From Phycisphaeraceae bacterium (lineage in GTDB: Bacteria; Planctomycetota; Phycisphaerae; Phycisphaerales; Phycisphaeraceae), in assembly GCA_048621015.1 (NCBI GenBank), contig JBMCXL010000001.1, forward strand, positions 1-30,404: DNA of 30,404 nucleotides, read 5' to 3'. A program made the position numbers and the translations under genes. This document shows, piece by piece, positions 15,689-25,563 of the stretch. The notes under the pieces were generated by a model. That model was not told the origin of the DNA. It was given only the letters and a program-made list of their open reading frames with translations, and did not search any database. Numbering within the stretch: the stretch's first letter is position 1; each line of letters opens with the position of its first letter.

Positions 15689-17293
15689 TCACTGCGGCCA
15701 CCGGTACACATGCACCTGGAGCGGGTCGAACGCATCTCCGAACGCCTCGCTGTCGGCGCGGATCGTCCGTTCCTCGTCGAGCACCTCGATCTCCGTCCCC
15801 GCTTCGAGCCCTTCCACCCGGAAGCGCGCCTGGCCGGCGCGCTCGTCCATGTCGATGTTCTGCGCGAACAGATAAACATGCCCCTCATGCCGGGTCACTT
15901 TGAAGTGCTGCGGGATCGATTCATCGTCCGCTTGCAGTTCCATGGCGATCTCCCGCTCCGCGGGCGCGGCGAGCAGCGCGGGGGCGAGGCGCGTCAGCCG
16001 CGCGTTGAGTTCCGCCAGTTCGGCGCGCATCGGCTCGCTGATGCCGAACTGCTCGTAGCTCGGATGCCAGCGGTGCGTGAAATAGCCGATGGCGGTCGCG
16101 CCGCGGATCAGCGCCATCCACGTCTCGGCGCGCGTGTGGCGCGGCTCGACGTCGAGCTGCTCGTCGTAGTCGATCCAGCGGCTGCCCTTGCTCGTCTCGA
16201 TCCAGGCGTACACGGGCTTGTCCCCCGCCAGCTCGCGCAGTTGCGTGACACCGCGCCCCACGCGGTCCAGCCACTCCGGCTTGTTGTAGCCGAAGATCGG
16301 ATACAGGTCGTAGCCGATCACGTCGGCGTGCCGCACGTAGCGCGGGTAAATCTCCTGTTGGTAGGCCGTGTCGTACCGATTGCTCCATGATGCGAAGTGC
16401 GTGGTAAAGGTCACCAGCATCGGCCGCACCGGCTCCATCGCCCGCGCCCTTTGATAGACCTCGGCCACCTCCTCCACCGGCGTGCGCGCCTGATCGACCG
16501 TCGGCGCCAGCAGCACGTTTTCGTCCTCCGACGTGTAGGCCAGCACTTCGCTGATCGAGCCCCAGACGCGATCGCCCGGATAGACGGACTCGACGCGGAG
16601 GGTGAGCTGCTCGATCCGCGTGGGGTTGTCGAGCTCGAAGCGCTGCTCGCCCTTGCGGTTTTCCAACTCCGCCCGCAACAGCGGCTGGCCGTCGCTGAGG
16701 AAAGTCACTTCCTTCGCCCGCGCCAGCCTTTCGGAGATCGTGAGGCGCAGCGCCACCGCCTCGATCGTCGCAGGCTCCTGCAACTTGATGGTCACCTCGG
16801 CCCCTTCCAGCGGATCGAGCACCGCCCAGTTGAACGGCTTGCCATCGACCAATCGGTGCAGCGGGGTGCTCGGGTTGGGCTTCAGGTCGGGGCCGGGCGT
16901 GATGCGGGCCTCGCTGACCCGTTCGGGCATGTCAGGTTCGTCGCGATGGATCCATGCCAGCAGGTGATCGTGACCGGCGATGTCGCGGTGGAGATGGAGC
17001 ACGCCATACAACCCCGCGTCGGAAAGCTGCTGCATGTACGCATCGGGGCTCAACTCGCCGCCGTTGCCGGCGAAGGTGTTGACGCCGATCGACAGACCGT
17101 CCTCGATTCGCACCTCGCTATGAAGCCAGAGCATGAGCGGGAGGAAGGGTTCGCCATTGACGCGGAACTCCCGGTGCTGGCCGATCTCGACCGATTCGAT
17201 CGGCTCAAGCGGCGGTGCTTGCGCCGACACCCACGCGGGACTGAGCGAAACCAGGACGACTGCTGGCACCAAAAGTCCGAGTCGGATCATCAT
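15689..17293 (-). CDS. Secreted TIM-barrel glycoside-hydrolase-like protein with an inserted F5/8 type C (discoidin/CBM32-like) domain
   Basis: GGAG RBS, ATG 17293 and a signal peptide ending VSA. FRVNGEPFLPL, LLAWIHRDEPD, ADVIGYDLYP, KPVYAWIE, WMALIRGATAIGYF. The insert reads LHRLVDG...VTIKL..PATIEAVAL...LTLRVESVYPG...ISEV. Confidence 0.65.
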   Translation of the reverse strand: MMIRLGLLVPAVVLVSLSPAWVSAQAPPLEPIESVEIGQHREFRVNGEPFLPLMLWLHSEVRIEDGLSIGVNTFAGNGGELSPDAYMQQLSDAGLYGVLHLHRDIAGHDHLLAWIHRDEPDMPERVSEARITPGPDLKPNPSTPLHRLVDGKPFNWAVLDPLEGAEVTIKLQEPATIEAVALRLTISERLARAKEVTFLSDGQPLLRAELENRKGEQRFELDNPTRIEQLTLRVESVYPGDRVWGSISEVLAYTSEDENVLLAPTVDQARTPVEEVAEVYQRARAMEPVRPMLVTFTTHFASWSNRYDTAYQQEIYPRYVRHADVIGYDLYPIFGYNKPEWLDRVGRGVTQLRELAGDKPVYAWIETSKGSRWIDYDEQLDVEPRHTRAETWMALIRGATAIGYFTHRWHPSYEQFGISEPMRAELAELNARLTRLAPALLAAPAEREIAMELQADDESIPQHFKVTRHEGHVYLFAQNIDMDERAGQARFRVEGLEAGTEIEVLDEERTIRADSEAFGDAFDPLQVHVYRWPQ

Positions 17294-17335
17294 GAAGCTC
17301 CGGAGATCTGAAGGTGAGGTAAGCTGAACCCCGAT

Positions 17336-17351
17336 AGTCAAGCGATTGACA
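17336..17351. promoter_or_regulatory. Putative LacI-family operator, copy 1 (AGTCAAGCGATTGACA)
   Basis: Near-palindrome with central CG, 43 nt upstream of ATG 17293; the same motif occurs at 19803 and 26713. Confidence 0.7.
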
Positions 17352-17612
17352 GGCGCGGCGGATGCACTCTAACGAATTGAGTCCGCGGAATCAACCCCCC
17401 GTCTCCTGTCATGCAATTCGTTTTTGCCGCGCACCGTCTGGACAGGCTCTAATCGCGAATCGCGCTGGAACCGAGGAAGGGCATGGGCCACGCACCGGCT
17501 TTTCACAGCGTGACCACCGTTGAATGGCGTGTTTGCGCCCGCTGGCAAGCGCCATCGGCGCCACCGCGAGCAATCGAGGCAATGACCTGCGGCCGCTGCG
17601 CGCGGCGACCCG

Positions 17613-18683
17613 TCAAGCCCGGCGCTGGTTGCCCTGAGATGTGGCGCGGGCGTGCACGGTCGGCGCGATCACCATCGATTCAACCCGCTCACCCGCGATT
17701 CGCCGCAGCAGCAGCTCGATCGCCTGCCGTCCCTGCTCTTCGTACCGTTCAGACACGGAGCTGAGCGGCACCATGGCGTACCGGCAAAGCGGCGAGTCAT
17801 CGACGCCGATCAGCTTGACGTCTTCGGGCACCTTGAAGCCGCGCTGCAACAGGGTGTGCATGGCGCCGATCGCCTGCTGGTCGGAGGCGGCCACGATGCC
17901 GTCGAACGCGATGCCGCGCTCGAGCCAGTGCTCGACGGCAGCGACGCCCTCCTCGTACAGGTAAGTCGTGTGGGGATGTTTCGTTCGACCGTCGGTGAAG
18001 ATGCGCTCGGGCTCGAGTGTCAGGCCGTGCTCCTCGAGCGCGCGGCGGAAACCCGCCTCGCGCATCCCTTCGCCGCCGCCGATGTACACCGGCCGGCGAA
18101 CGCCGTTGGACAGCAGATGCTCCGTCGCGAGGCGCATCACCTCGACCTGGTCGCTGCCGATGTTGGGCACCTTCGGATGGAGCGGCTGGTTGTGCACCGT
18201 CACCACGGGCACGCCGGCGGCTTCCGCCTTGAGCACCTCCGGAAGCAGGCTGGCGTGCGCCACGCCCGCCATGATCAGGCCGTCCACATCACCGCGATGG
18301 ACGTCGGGTTGGCGCTGGCGGTACTCCTCGCTGGTACGGAAAAACTCCAGCCACAACCGCTGGTGCGTGCGGGCCGCGCCCTCGCTGATGCCTTGCAGCA
18401 GCGCCTCGGTGTTGCCCGAGCCGTGCGTGCCCATGCGGTGAATGAACACCGCGATGGTTTCCTGTCGGCCCGTCGCCAGCGCCGTCGCCACGCGGTTGCG
18501 CCGATAGCCCAGTTCCTCGGCCTTGGCATGGATAAGCTCGACCATGCGCGGGCTTGCGCTGGACGTGCTCATCCGCCCGCTGAGCACCTTCGACACGAAC
18601 GACACGCTGACGTTCAACTCCTCAGCGATGTCTCGCAATGACGTCACGGCGGCCAAGCGTGCGGCCCTCCCTTCGGGTTGCAT
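17613..18683 (-). CDS. LacI-family transcriptional regulator
   Basis: TSLRDIAEELNVSVSFVSKVLSG HTH, ELGYRRNRVATAL hinge helix, and an effector domain (DGIVAASDQQAIGAM..L..GFKVPEDVKLIGVDD..PLSSV). The start is uncertain (18683, GTG 18647 or 18713). Confidence 0.93.
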   Translation of the reverse strand: MQPEGRAARLAAVTSLRDIAEELNVSVSFVSKVLSGRMSTSSASPRMVELIHAKAEELGYRRNRVATALATGRQETIAVFIHRMGTHGSGNTEALLQGISEGAARTHQRLWLEFFRTSEEYRQRQPDVHRGDVDGLIMAGVAHASLLPEVLKAEAAGVPVVTVHNQPLHPKVPNIGSDQVEVMRLATEHLLSNGVRRPVYIGGGEGMREAGFRRALEEHGLTLEPERIFTDGRTKHPHTTYLYEEGVAAVEHWLERGIAFDGIVAASDQQAIGAMHTLLQRGFKVPEDVKLIGVDDSPLCRYAMVPLSSVSERYEEQGRQAIELLLRRIAGERVESMVIAPTVHARATSQGNQRRA

Positions 18684-18880
18684 GAACAGGCGTCGCGCAG
18701 AGCGCGCGCTCACGAGGCGCTCTCACCTGCGCATGCGCCAAACGGGGATGTGCCTGCGAAGGCCACGCGCTATGCCGTCACATGCCTGGGCTCGACCTGG
18801 ACAGGCACCTCCCACCCATCACAGTAGCCCTTCACGAAATGACCGGCAAGCGTTTATCGAGGCGGCCTCGGCCCGACTCA

Positions 18881-19675
18881 TCACGGCTCTGTCGGCTCGT
18901 ACTGCTTCACCAGGTTCACCGGCTGACCCGGTTTCAACGCAGCGACGTGGCCGTCGATGTAGAGGAAATTGCCGCTCAGATGATGCCGAAAGGCGTAACG
19001 GCCGCCGACCGCGGTCCAGGCTCGGCCGTCGTCGTTGAGCCGGTCGGTGACACTGCCGTCGTTCCACGGCCAGCGGTGAATGGCGTGATCAGAGCCGGTC
19101 TCCATCTCCCGAAACAGAAACTGTTCCGAAGGCCGCACGAACAGGTCCGCCTGCGTGCCAAGCGCATGACCGCCCCATCCGGGCGGAATCGAGTCGGCCA
19201 TTTTGCCAAGCTTGCCCAGCCAGAGGGGATCACTGCTCTGTCCTCCCGCCGCCCATCGGTTGTAGCCGTAGGCACGCGCAAACGTAGGCGTTCCCGGATG
19301 CGGCTCGATCGACGGGCAATAGAGTTTCTTGCCTTCAGGTTCCGTCCCGAGATGCTGCAAGATCTCCTGATCACTATCGAAAGCGAGTTCGTTGAATACA
19401 TCCACGTAATTGTGGCTCGGCCCCTGACCCGGGAAGCGTCCCTCCCACTCGTGGCTGAACTTGTGCGCGGCGACGCCGATCTGCCGGAAATTGGCGCCGC
19501 ACTGGACCGTCCGCGCCGCCTCCCGCGCCGCCTGGAGGGCCGGCAGCAGCAGGCCGATCAGCAACGCAATGATGCTGATGACCACGAGCAACTCGACCAG
19601 GGTAAAGGCTGAGCACCGCCCCCACCTCCCGGACACGATCTCCGCATTTTCACCAACAAGGTTTCGGCCAGCCAT
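18881..19675 (-). CDS. Prepilin-type N-terminal cleavage/methylation protein, DUF1559 / H-X9-DG type (second copy)
   Basis: A|[44 protein letters not shown], with an exact H-X9-DG at the C-terminus ([15 protein letters not shown]). GAAGGGG RBS before ATG 19675. Confidence 0.9.
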   Translation of the reverse strand: MAGRNLVGENAEIVSGRWGRCSAFTLVELLVVISIIALLIGLLLPALQAAREAARTVQCGANFRQIGVAAHKFSHEWEGRFPGQGPSHNYVDVFNELAFDSDQEILQHLGTEPEGKKLYCPSIEPHPGTPTFARAYGYNRWAAGGQSSDPLWLGKLGKMADSIPPGWGGHALGTQADLFVRPSEQFLFREMETGSDHAIHRWPWNDGSVTDRLNDDGRAWTAVGGRYAFRHHLSGNFLYIDGHVAALKPGQPVNLVKQYEPTEP

Positions 19676-19780
19676 CTTGAATACCCCTTCATGAAATGAG
19701 CGCCGTGCCCGCCGACGCCGCAACGAGATGCACCCGGGCCGCCGGCCTTTCCATAAGCGGGCAGCCTTGTCCATGGCTTG

Positions 19781-19840
19781 AACATACCGAATCATGCAGG
19801 CTTGTCAAGCGATTGACACAACAATTTCGCGCGATATGCT
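19781..19840. promoter_or_regulatory. Back-to-back sigma70-type promoters whose -35 boxes form operator copy 2 (TGTCAAGCGATTGACA, 19803-19818)
   Basis: Plus strand: TTGACA 19813-19818, 16-nt spacer, TATGCT 19835-19840. Minus strand: TTGACA 19808-19803, 16-nt spacer, TATGTT 19786-19781. Confidence 0.7.
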
Positions 19841-20129
19841 GGCCAGCGTCATCCCGGCGTGCGAAGGGCCGGCTGTATGGGGCGCGCGATCGGGCGCGGG
19901 GGCCTGGCAGGCTCGCCGAGGCGGAGAGCGGCGCATCTGCCGTGTCCGGCTGAACCTGCCCGCGTGTACGTGAATCGGCCGGTTCACATCGTGGCGATCC
20001 ATCACCGCCGCGCTGCCGGATGCTTCCCGTCCGACTTGTCCCTGGCTTCGGTTCGTCTGCATATGCGTGTCGGCAAGCCGGGTTCGGCGTTTCGGGATTC
20101 GTGTCTTGCACAGGAAAGGCCGGCCCACC

Positions 20130-22190
20130 ATGGTCAAGAAGGTGTTGGGGTTCACGCTCCGGCTGGCCGTCGTCTGCCTGGGGTTGATCCTGGTGGTGCA
20201 GGCCATCGCAGCCCTGGTCTGGGCGTTGCCCGGTGCAGGTGAGCGGACAATCGCGCAGGCGCGGGCGAGCGCGAAGGCGCAGGCGCAGCGGGAGGCCGGC
20301 CGCGCCAAGATCGGCCATCACCGTGTCGAGCCATGGTCGCGCGGCGAGAGCGACGGAGAACGATCGTTCCAGCAGGCGCCGATGTTCGACGCGCCCGTTG
20401 AGGCCGGCGCGTTGCCGCCGGTCGCGGCGCGCTTGCCTGACGAGCCGCTGGTGATCGTGCCGCCCGAGCAGCGCGGGCCGTACGGCGGCACATGGCGGCG
20501 CTACGACATCAACCAGATCTCGCACATCGTCAACATGCTCTTTCGGATCGGCAATGAGTCGTTGATCCGCTGGGATCCCGACGGCGACGATCTGATTCCG
20601 AACCTGGCCAGCCGATGGGAAGCGAGCGACGATGCGCGCGAGCACACCATCTATCTGCGCAAGGGTGTGCGCTGGTCGGATGGACATCCCTTCACGGCGG
20701 ACGACATCCTGTTCTGGTACGAGCACGTCATTCGCAGCCACACCTACACGGGCTCGATCCCGCGCGCGTTCATGCGCGGCGGCGAGCCGATGGAGCTGGA
20801 AAAGGTCGACAACCACACGATCATCTTTCGCTTCAAGGCACCAAACCCGCTGCTGCCGATCCAGCTCGCGTCGCTCGATCCGTACATGCACATGCTCCAG
20901 TATCCCCGGCACTACCTCGAGCAGTTCCACGAAGACTTCACCTCCAGCGCGGCGCTGCGCCGACGGATGCGCGAAGCAAACGCACGGAGTATCCGCGGCC
21001 TGTTCCGCGACAAGCAGGGCTACCGCAATCCCGCGTGTCCCCGGTTGTGGGCGTGGGTTCCCCGCGAAGCACCAACGACGCAGGCGTGGCCGTTCGAGCG
21101 CAATCCTTATTACTGGAAGGTGGACGACGCGGGCAACCAGTTGCCCTATATCGATCGCCTCGTCTTTGAATGGATGGATGCGGAGCTGATCAACCTTCAG
21201 CTCATCGGTGGGAACGTGGGGATGCAGGCGCGGCGCGTGGAGTTCGACAATTACGCGCTGTTCGCGCGCAAAGCCGAGGCGGGCAATTACCGCGTGCTGG
21301 AATGGGAACCGGGCGGCGGTGGCGAGCTGGCGGTGGCGTTCAACATCAACCGGGCAGGCGATCCGTTTCTTCGCGAACTGTTCAACGAGCGGAAGTTTCG
21401 CATCGCGATGTCGCACGCGATCGATCGCGAGGCGATCAACCAGGTGCAGTACATGGGCCTCGGCACGCCGCGTCAGATGGCGCCGCCGAAGGGCTCGCCG
21501 TATTACTCGCGCCGCTACGAGCGCGCGCACCTGGCGCACGATCCGGACAAGGCGAACGCGTTGCTGGACGAACTGGGGCTCGACCAGCGTTCAGCGGATG
21601 GTTTTCGCCTGCGCCCGGATGGTCGGCCGCTCCAGATTCTGCTGGAAGTCTCGCCGGCGGTCGGTTCGGCGAAGGCGCTGCGATTGCTCGCGTCGCACTG
21701 GCGCGCGGTGGGCATCGATGCGCAGGTGCGCTTGATGGCCGGCCCGCTGATCAACAATCGCCAGGTGGCGCGCCAGCACGACGTGGTGATCTGGTGGGGC
21801 GAGAACGAGAAGATGCCGCTTGTCGATCCGCGCTGGTTCGTGCCGGTCGGGCCGGGCTCGGATTGGGCGCCCGCCTATCGCCGCTGGCATCAGAGCGAAG
21901 GCGAAGCGGGCGCGACGCCCTCGACCGAAATCGCATCGCTGTTCGAGCTCTGGAATCGGATCGAGGTCGAGCCGGATGCCCAGCAGCGCATCCGGCTGTG
22001 GCAAGAGATCAACGCGATCAACCGCGAGAACCTGTGGGTGACGGGACTGGTGGGCGAGGTGCCCAAGCTGGTGCTCAAGCACGAGCGCTTTCGCAACGTG
22101 CCCGACCGCGCGGTTTATGGATTCGTGTTCCGCAGCCCCGGGGTCACCGCGCCGGAGTGCTACGCCATTGACACCACGGAGGAGCGCTAA
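20130..22190 (+). CDS. oppA: ABC transporter substrate-binding protein, family 5 (peptide/oligosaccharide type)
   Basis: LPPVAARLPDEPLVI...GPYGGTWR, LIPNLASRWEASDDAREHTIYLRKGVRWSDGHPFTADD, FERNPYYWKVDDAGNQLPYIDRL, FRIAMSHAIDREAIN. AGGAAAGG RBS before ATG 20130. The symbol indicates family only. Confidence 0.92.
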   Translation: MVKKVLGFTLRLAVVCLGLILVVQAIAALVWALPGAGERTIAQARASAKAQAQREAGRAKIGHHRVEPWSRGESDGERSFQQAPMFDAPVEAGALPPVAARLPDEPLVIVPPEQRGPYGGTWRRYDINQISHIVNMLFRIGNESLIRWDPDGDDLIPNLASRWEASDDAREHTIYLRKGVRWSDGHPFTADDILFWYEHVIRSHTYTGSIPRAFMRGGEPMELEKVDNHTIIFRFKAPNPLLPIQLASLDPYMHMLQYPRHYLEQFHEDFTSSAALRRRMREANARSIRGLFRDKQGYRNPACPRLWAWVPREAPTTQAWPFERNPYYWKVDDAGNQLPYIDRLVFEWMDAELINLQLIGGNVGMQARRVEFDNYALFARKAEAGNYRVLEWEPGGGGELAVAFNINRAGDPFLRELFNERKFRIAMSHAIDREAINQVQYMGLGTPRQMAPPKGSPYYSRRYERAHLAHDPDKANALLDELGLDQRSADGFRLRPDGRPLQILLEVSPAVGSAKALRLLASHWRAVGIDAQVRLMAGPLINNRQVARQHDVVIWWGENEKMPLVDPRWFVPVGPGSDWAPAYRRWHQSEGEAGATPSTEIASLFELWNRIEVEPDAQQRIRLWQEINAINRENLWVTGLVGEVPKLVLKHERFRNVPDRAVYGFVFRSPGVTAPECYAIDTTEER

Positions 22191-22193
22191 GCG

Positions 22194-23273
22194 ATGCTGG
22201 CCCTGATTCTCCGACGGTTGTTGTGGCTGGTGCCGACGCTGCTGGTGATCTCGTTCGTCTCATTCGCGGTTATCCAGGCGCCGCCGGGCGACTTTCTGAC
22301 GATGCACATCCTCGCGCTGGAAGAGAGCGGCCAGCAGGTCGATCGCGACCAGATCGAGCGGCTGCGCGAGGAGTTCAACCTCGACGATCCGTTCATGATT
22401 CAATACACCAAGTGGCTGAACGATCTTCTGCCGTTCGGCTTTCAACCGGCGGAGGGGGATTACCTCTGGATTGAGAACGACGACGGTGAACGCGTTTTCA
22501 ACTGGCCGCGCCTGAAGACGCCTGACCTCGGCCGGTCGATGGAGCTCGATCGGCCGGTCACCGCCCTGCTCGCCGAGCGACTGCCGCTGACGATCGCCCT
22601 GTCGCTGTGCACGCTGCTGTTCACCTGGGTCGTGGCGATTCCCATCGGCATCTATTCGGCAACGCGGCAGTACTCGGTCGGCGATTACCTCTTCACGTTC
22701 CTGGGGTTCATCGGCCTGGCGATGCCGAACTTTCTGCTGGCGCTGGTGTTCATGTACGTCGGCCAGGTCTACTTCGACACCACCGGCGGCCTGTTCTCGC
22801 TGGAGTACCGCAACGCGCCGTGGTCGTGGGGCAAGCTGCTCGACCTGGCCAAGCACATCTGGGTGCCGATGATCGTGATCGGCACCGCGGGGACGGCCGG
22901 CATGATCCGCGTGATGCGCGGCAACCTGCTGGACGAACTCGGCAAGCAGTACGTCGTCACCGCCCGCGCCAAGGGGCTCAAGCGCTGGAAGCTGACGCTC
23001 AAGTATCCCGTGCGCGTGGCGCTCAATCCACTGGTGAGCACGGTGGGATGGGTGCTGCCGGCGATCATCTCGGGCGAAGTCATCGTGGGCGTGGTGCTCG
23101 GCCTGCCAACAGTGGGACCGCTGCTGCTTCAGGCGCTGATGAACCAGGACATGTACCTCGCGGGAAGCATCATCATGCTGATGGCGGTGCTGACAGTGCT
23201 CGGCACGCTTCTGTCCGATCTGTTGCTGCTGTGGCTGGACCCGCGCATCCGGTATGAAGGAGGGAGCCGTTAA
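22194..23273 (+). CDS. oppB: ABC transporter permease, OppB/DppB type
   Basis: ILRRLL..VPTLLVIS..F..IQAPPGD, GLAMPNF, an EAA-like loop RGNLLDELGKQYVVTARAKGL, and multiple TM segments. Confidence 0.93.
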   Translation: MLALILRRLLWLVPTLLVISFVSFAVIQAPPGDFLTMHILALEESGQQVDRDQIERLREEFNLDDPFMIQYTKWLNDLLPFGFQPAEGDYLWIENDDGERVFNWPRLKTPDLGRSMELDRPVTALLAERLPLTIALSLCTLLFTWVVAIPIGIYSATRQYSVGDYLFTFLGFIGLAMPNFLLALVFMYVGQVYFDTTGGLFSLEYRNAPWSWGKLLDLAKHIWVPMIVIGTAGTAGMIRVMRGNLLDELGKQYVVTARAKGLKRWKLTLKYPVRVALNPLVSTVGWVLPAIISGEVIVGVVLGLPTVGPLLLQALMNQDMYLAGSIIMLMAVLTVLGTLLSDLLLLWLDPRIRYEGGSR

Positions 23274-23276
23274 GTC

Positions 23277-24482
23277 ATGGCGGTAGCCGAACAATACGAT
23301 GCGCGCACCAACCGCCCCGCGGATGCTGTCGTTGAGACGGAGGCCGCCGAGGTGCTCACCGCCTCGCAATGGCGGCTGATGTGGCGGAAGTTCCGCAAGC
23401 ACCGGTTGGCGGTGTGGTCGGCGCTGGTGCTGCTGGTGCTTTACGCGGTCGGCATGTTCTGCGAGTTCGTGGCGCCCTATCCGTTGGAGCATGGCGATGT
23501 CGCTTATGCTTACGCGCCGCCGCAGCGCGTGCGATTCGTCTCGGACGATGGGCTGCATGTCTGGCCGTTCGTCTACGGCCTGATCAGCGAGCGCCACCCC
23601 GTCACGCGCGAACGCATCTACGAGGAAGACCGCACGCAGCGCTATCCTCTGAAGCTGCTCGCACGCGGCGAGGAGACTTACCGCTTCTGGGGCCTGTTCC
23701 ACACGAACCTTCACCTGTTCGGCGTGGGCGAGCCGATCCCGGTGCAAAACGCGGAGAACGGCCAACCTTCCCTTCAAGCGACAAAGGGCACGCTGCACCT
23801 GCTCGGCACCGATTCGCTGGGCCATGACCTCTTCTCGCGCATCATCTACGGAGCGCGCATCTCGCTCACCATCGGCTTGGTCGGCGTCACCGTCAGCTTC
23901 GTGCTCGGGTTGATCTTCGGCGCGATCTCGGGCTACTTCGGCGGGTTCATCGACACGGTCATCCAGCGCGTGATCGAGATCATCCAGGCTTTCCCCACGC
24001 TGCCGCTGTGGATGGCGCTGGCCGCGATCCTGCCCGCGCACTGGTCGCCGATTCTCATCTACTTCGGCATCACCGTCGTGCTGGGCATCATCGGCTGGAC
24101 GCGGCTGGCGCGCCAGGTGCGCGGCAAGGTGCTTTCGCTGCGCGAAGAGGATTTCGCAACCGCCGCGCTGATCGCCGGCGCCAGCCACCGCCGCGTGATG
24201 TTTCGCCACCTGCTGCCACTTTTCATGAGCCACATCGTCGTGAGTCTGACGCTGACCGTGCCCGCGATGATCCTTGGTGAGACGGCGCTGAGTTTTCTGG
24301 GCCTGGGCCTGCGGCCGCCGGTGACGAGCTGGGGTGTGCTGCTTCAGGAAGCGCAGAACATTCAGGCGGTGGCGATGCAACCTTGGCTGCTGACGCCAGC
24401 GGTGGCGGTGGTGCTCGCCGTGCTGGCGTTCAATTTCGTTGGTGATGGCCTGCGCGATGCTGCCGACCCTTACGCACAGTAA
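23277..24482 (+). CDS. oppC: ABC transporter permease, OppC/DppC type
   Basis: [11 protein letters not shown]-terminus, [68 protein letters not shown]. Confidence 0.93.
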   Translation: MAVAEQYDARTNRPADAVVETEAAEVLTASQWRLMWRKFRKHRLAVWSALVLLVLYAVGMFCEFVAPYPLEHGDVAYAYAPPQRVRFVSDDGLHVWPFVYGLISERHPVTRERIYEEDRTQRYPLKLLARGEETYRFWGLFHTNLHLFGVGEPIPVQNAENGQPSLQATKGTLHLLGTDSLGHDLFSRIIYGARISLTIGLVGVTVSFVLGLIFGAISGYFGGFIDTVIQRVIEIIQAFPTLPLWMALAAILPAHWSPILIYFGITVVLGIIGWTRLARQVRGKVLSLREEDFATAALIAGASHRRVMFRHLLPLFMSHIVVSLTLTVPAMILGETALSFLGLGLRPPVTSWGVLLQEAQNIQAVAMQPWLLTPAVAVVLAVLAFNFVGDGLRDAADPYAQ

Positions 24483-24489
24483 CGGAATC

Positions 24490-25563
24490 ATGATGGCGCC
24501 CACTCCTGCCAAACCGGTTGACGACGCCCGCATCAGCGCGACACGCGAGGATGCGCCTCTGCTGCGCGTGCGCAACCTCAAGACGCACTTCCTGCTCGAT
24601 GCGGGCACCGTCAGGGCGGTGGATGGCGTGGACCTGGAGCTTCACCGCGGCAAGACGCTGTGCATCGTCGGCGAATCCGGCTGCGGCAAGAGCATGACCG
24701 GCTACTCGATCATGCGCCTCATCAACAAGCCGGGGCGCATCGTGGAAGGCGAGATCCTGTTCGACCCCGAAGACGCCGGCGAGCCGATCGACCTGGCCAC
24801 GTTGCACGCCGATGGCGAAGCGATCCGGCGGGTGCACGGCAACCAGATCGGCATGATCTTTCAGGAGCCGATGACCGCGCTGAGCCCCGTACACACCGTC
24901 GGCAGCCAGATCGTCGAGGCCGTCCGATTGCACATGCGTCTCGGTAAGGCGGCGGCGCGCCGGCATGCCATCCACATGATGCAGCGCGTGGGCATGCCCG
25001 ATGCGCCGCGCCGGTTCAAGCAGCACCCGCACGAGATGAGCGGCGGCCTGCGACAGCGCGCGGTGATCGCCATGGCGCTGTGCTGCGAGCCGGCGCTGCT
25101 CATCGCCGACGAGCCCACCACCGCGCTGGACGTGACGATTCAGGCGCAGATCCTGCGGCTGATGCGCGAGCTGCAACGGGAGCTGAACATGTCGATCATG
25201 TTCATCACGCACGACCTGGGCGTCGTGGCCGAGATCGCCGACGAGGTGGCGGTGATGTACATGGGCCGTGTCGTCGAGCGCGCCGAGACGAATGAACTGT
25301 TCGAGAACCCGCAGCATCCGTACACCCGGGCGCTGCTCAAGTCGATCCCCGGCGCCTCGGTTCAGCGCAAGACGGAATTGCAGGTCATTCGCGGTTCGGT
25401 CCCCGATCCGTACCAGCAGCTTGCGGGCTGCCCATTTCACCCCCGCTGCGACGAAGCCGTGCCGGGCAAGTGCGACGTGGGGGCGCGCCCGGCGCTGATC
25501 GAGACGATCCCCGATCACGGCAACGCCTGCCTGCTGCGCCATGAGGAGTCCAAGGTTGAGTGA
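24490..25563 (+). CDS. oppD: ABC transporter ATP-binding protein, OppD/DppD type
   Basis: Walker [19 protein letters not shown], signature MSGGLRQR, Walker [28 protein letters not shown] and a C-terminal Cys cluster. Confidence 0.93.
   Translation: MMAPTPAKPVDDARISATREDAPLLRVRNLKTHFLLDAGTVRAVDGVDLELHRGKTLCIVGESGCGKSMTGYSIMRLINKPGRIVEGEILFDPEDAGEPIDLATLHADGEAIRRVHGNQIGMIFQEPMTALSPVHTVGSQIVEAVRLHMRLGKAAARRHAIHMMQRVGMPDAPRRFKQHPHEMSGGLRQRAVIAMALCCEPALLIADEPTTALDVTIQAQILRLMRELQRELNMSIMFITHDLGVVAEIADEVAVMYMGRVVERAETNELFENPQHPYTRALLKSIPGASVQRKTELQVIRGSVPDPYQQLAGCPFHPRCDEAVPGKCDVGARPALIETIPDHGNACLLRHEESKVE

Noticed and set aside
18844-18859. Possible autoregulatory operator upstream of lacI (CGGCAAGCGTTTATCG)
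   Set aside because: Only 9 of 15 defined positions match, which is too weak to call without a PWM or binding data.
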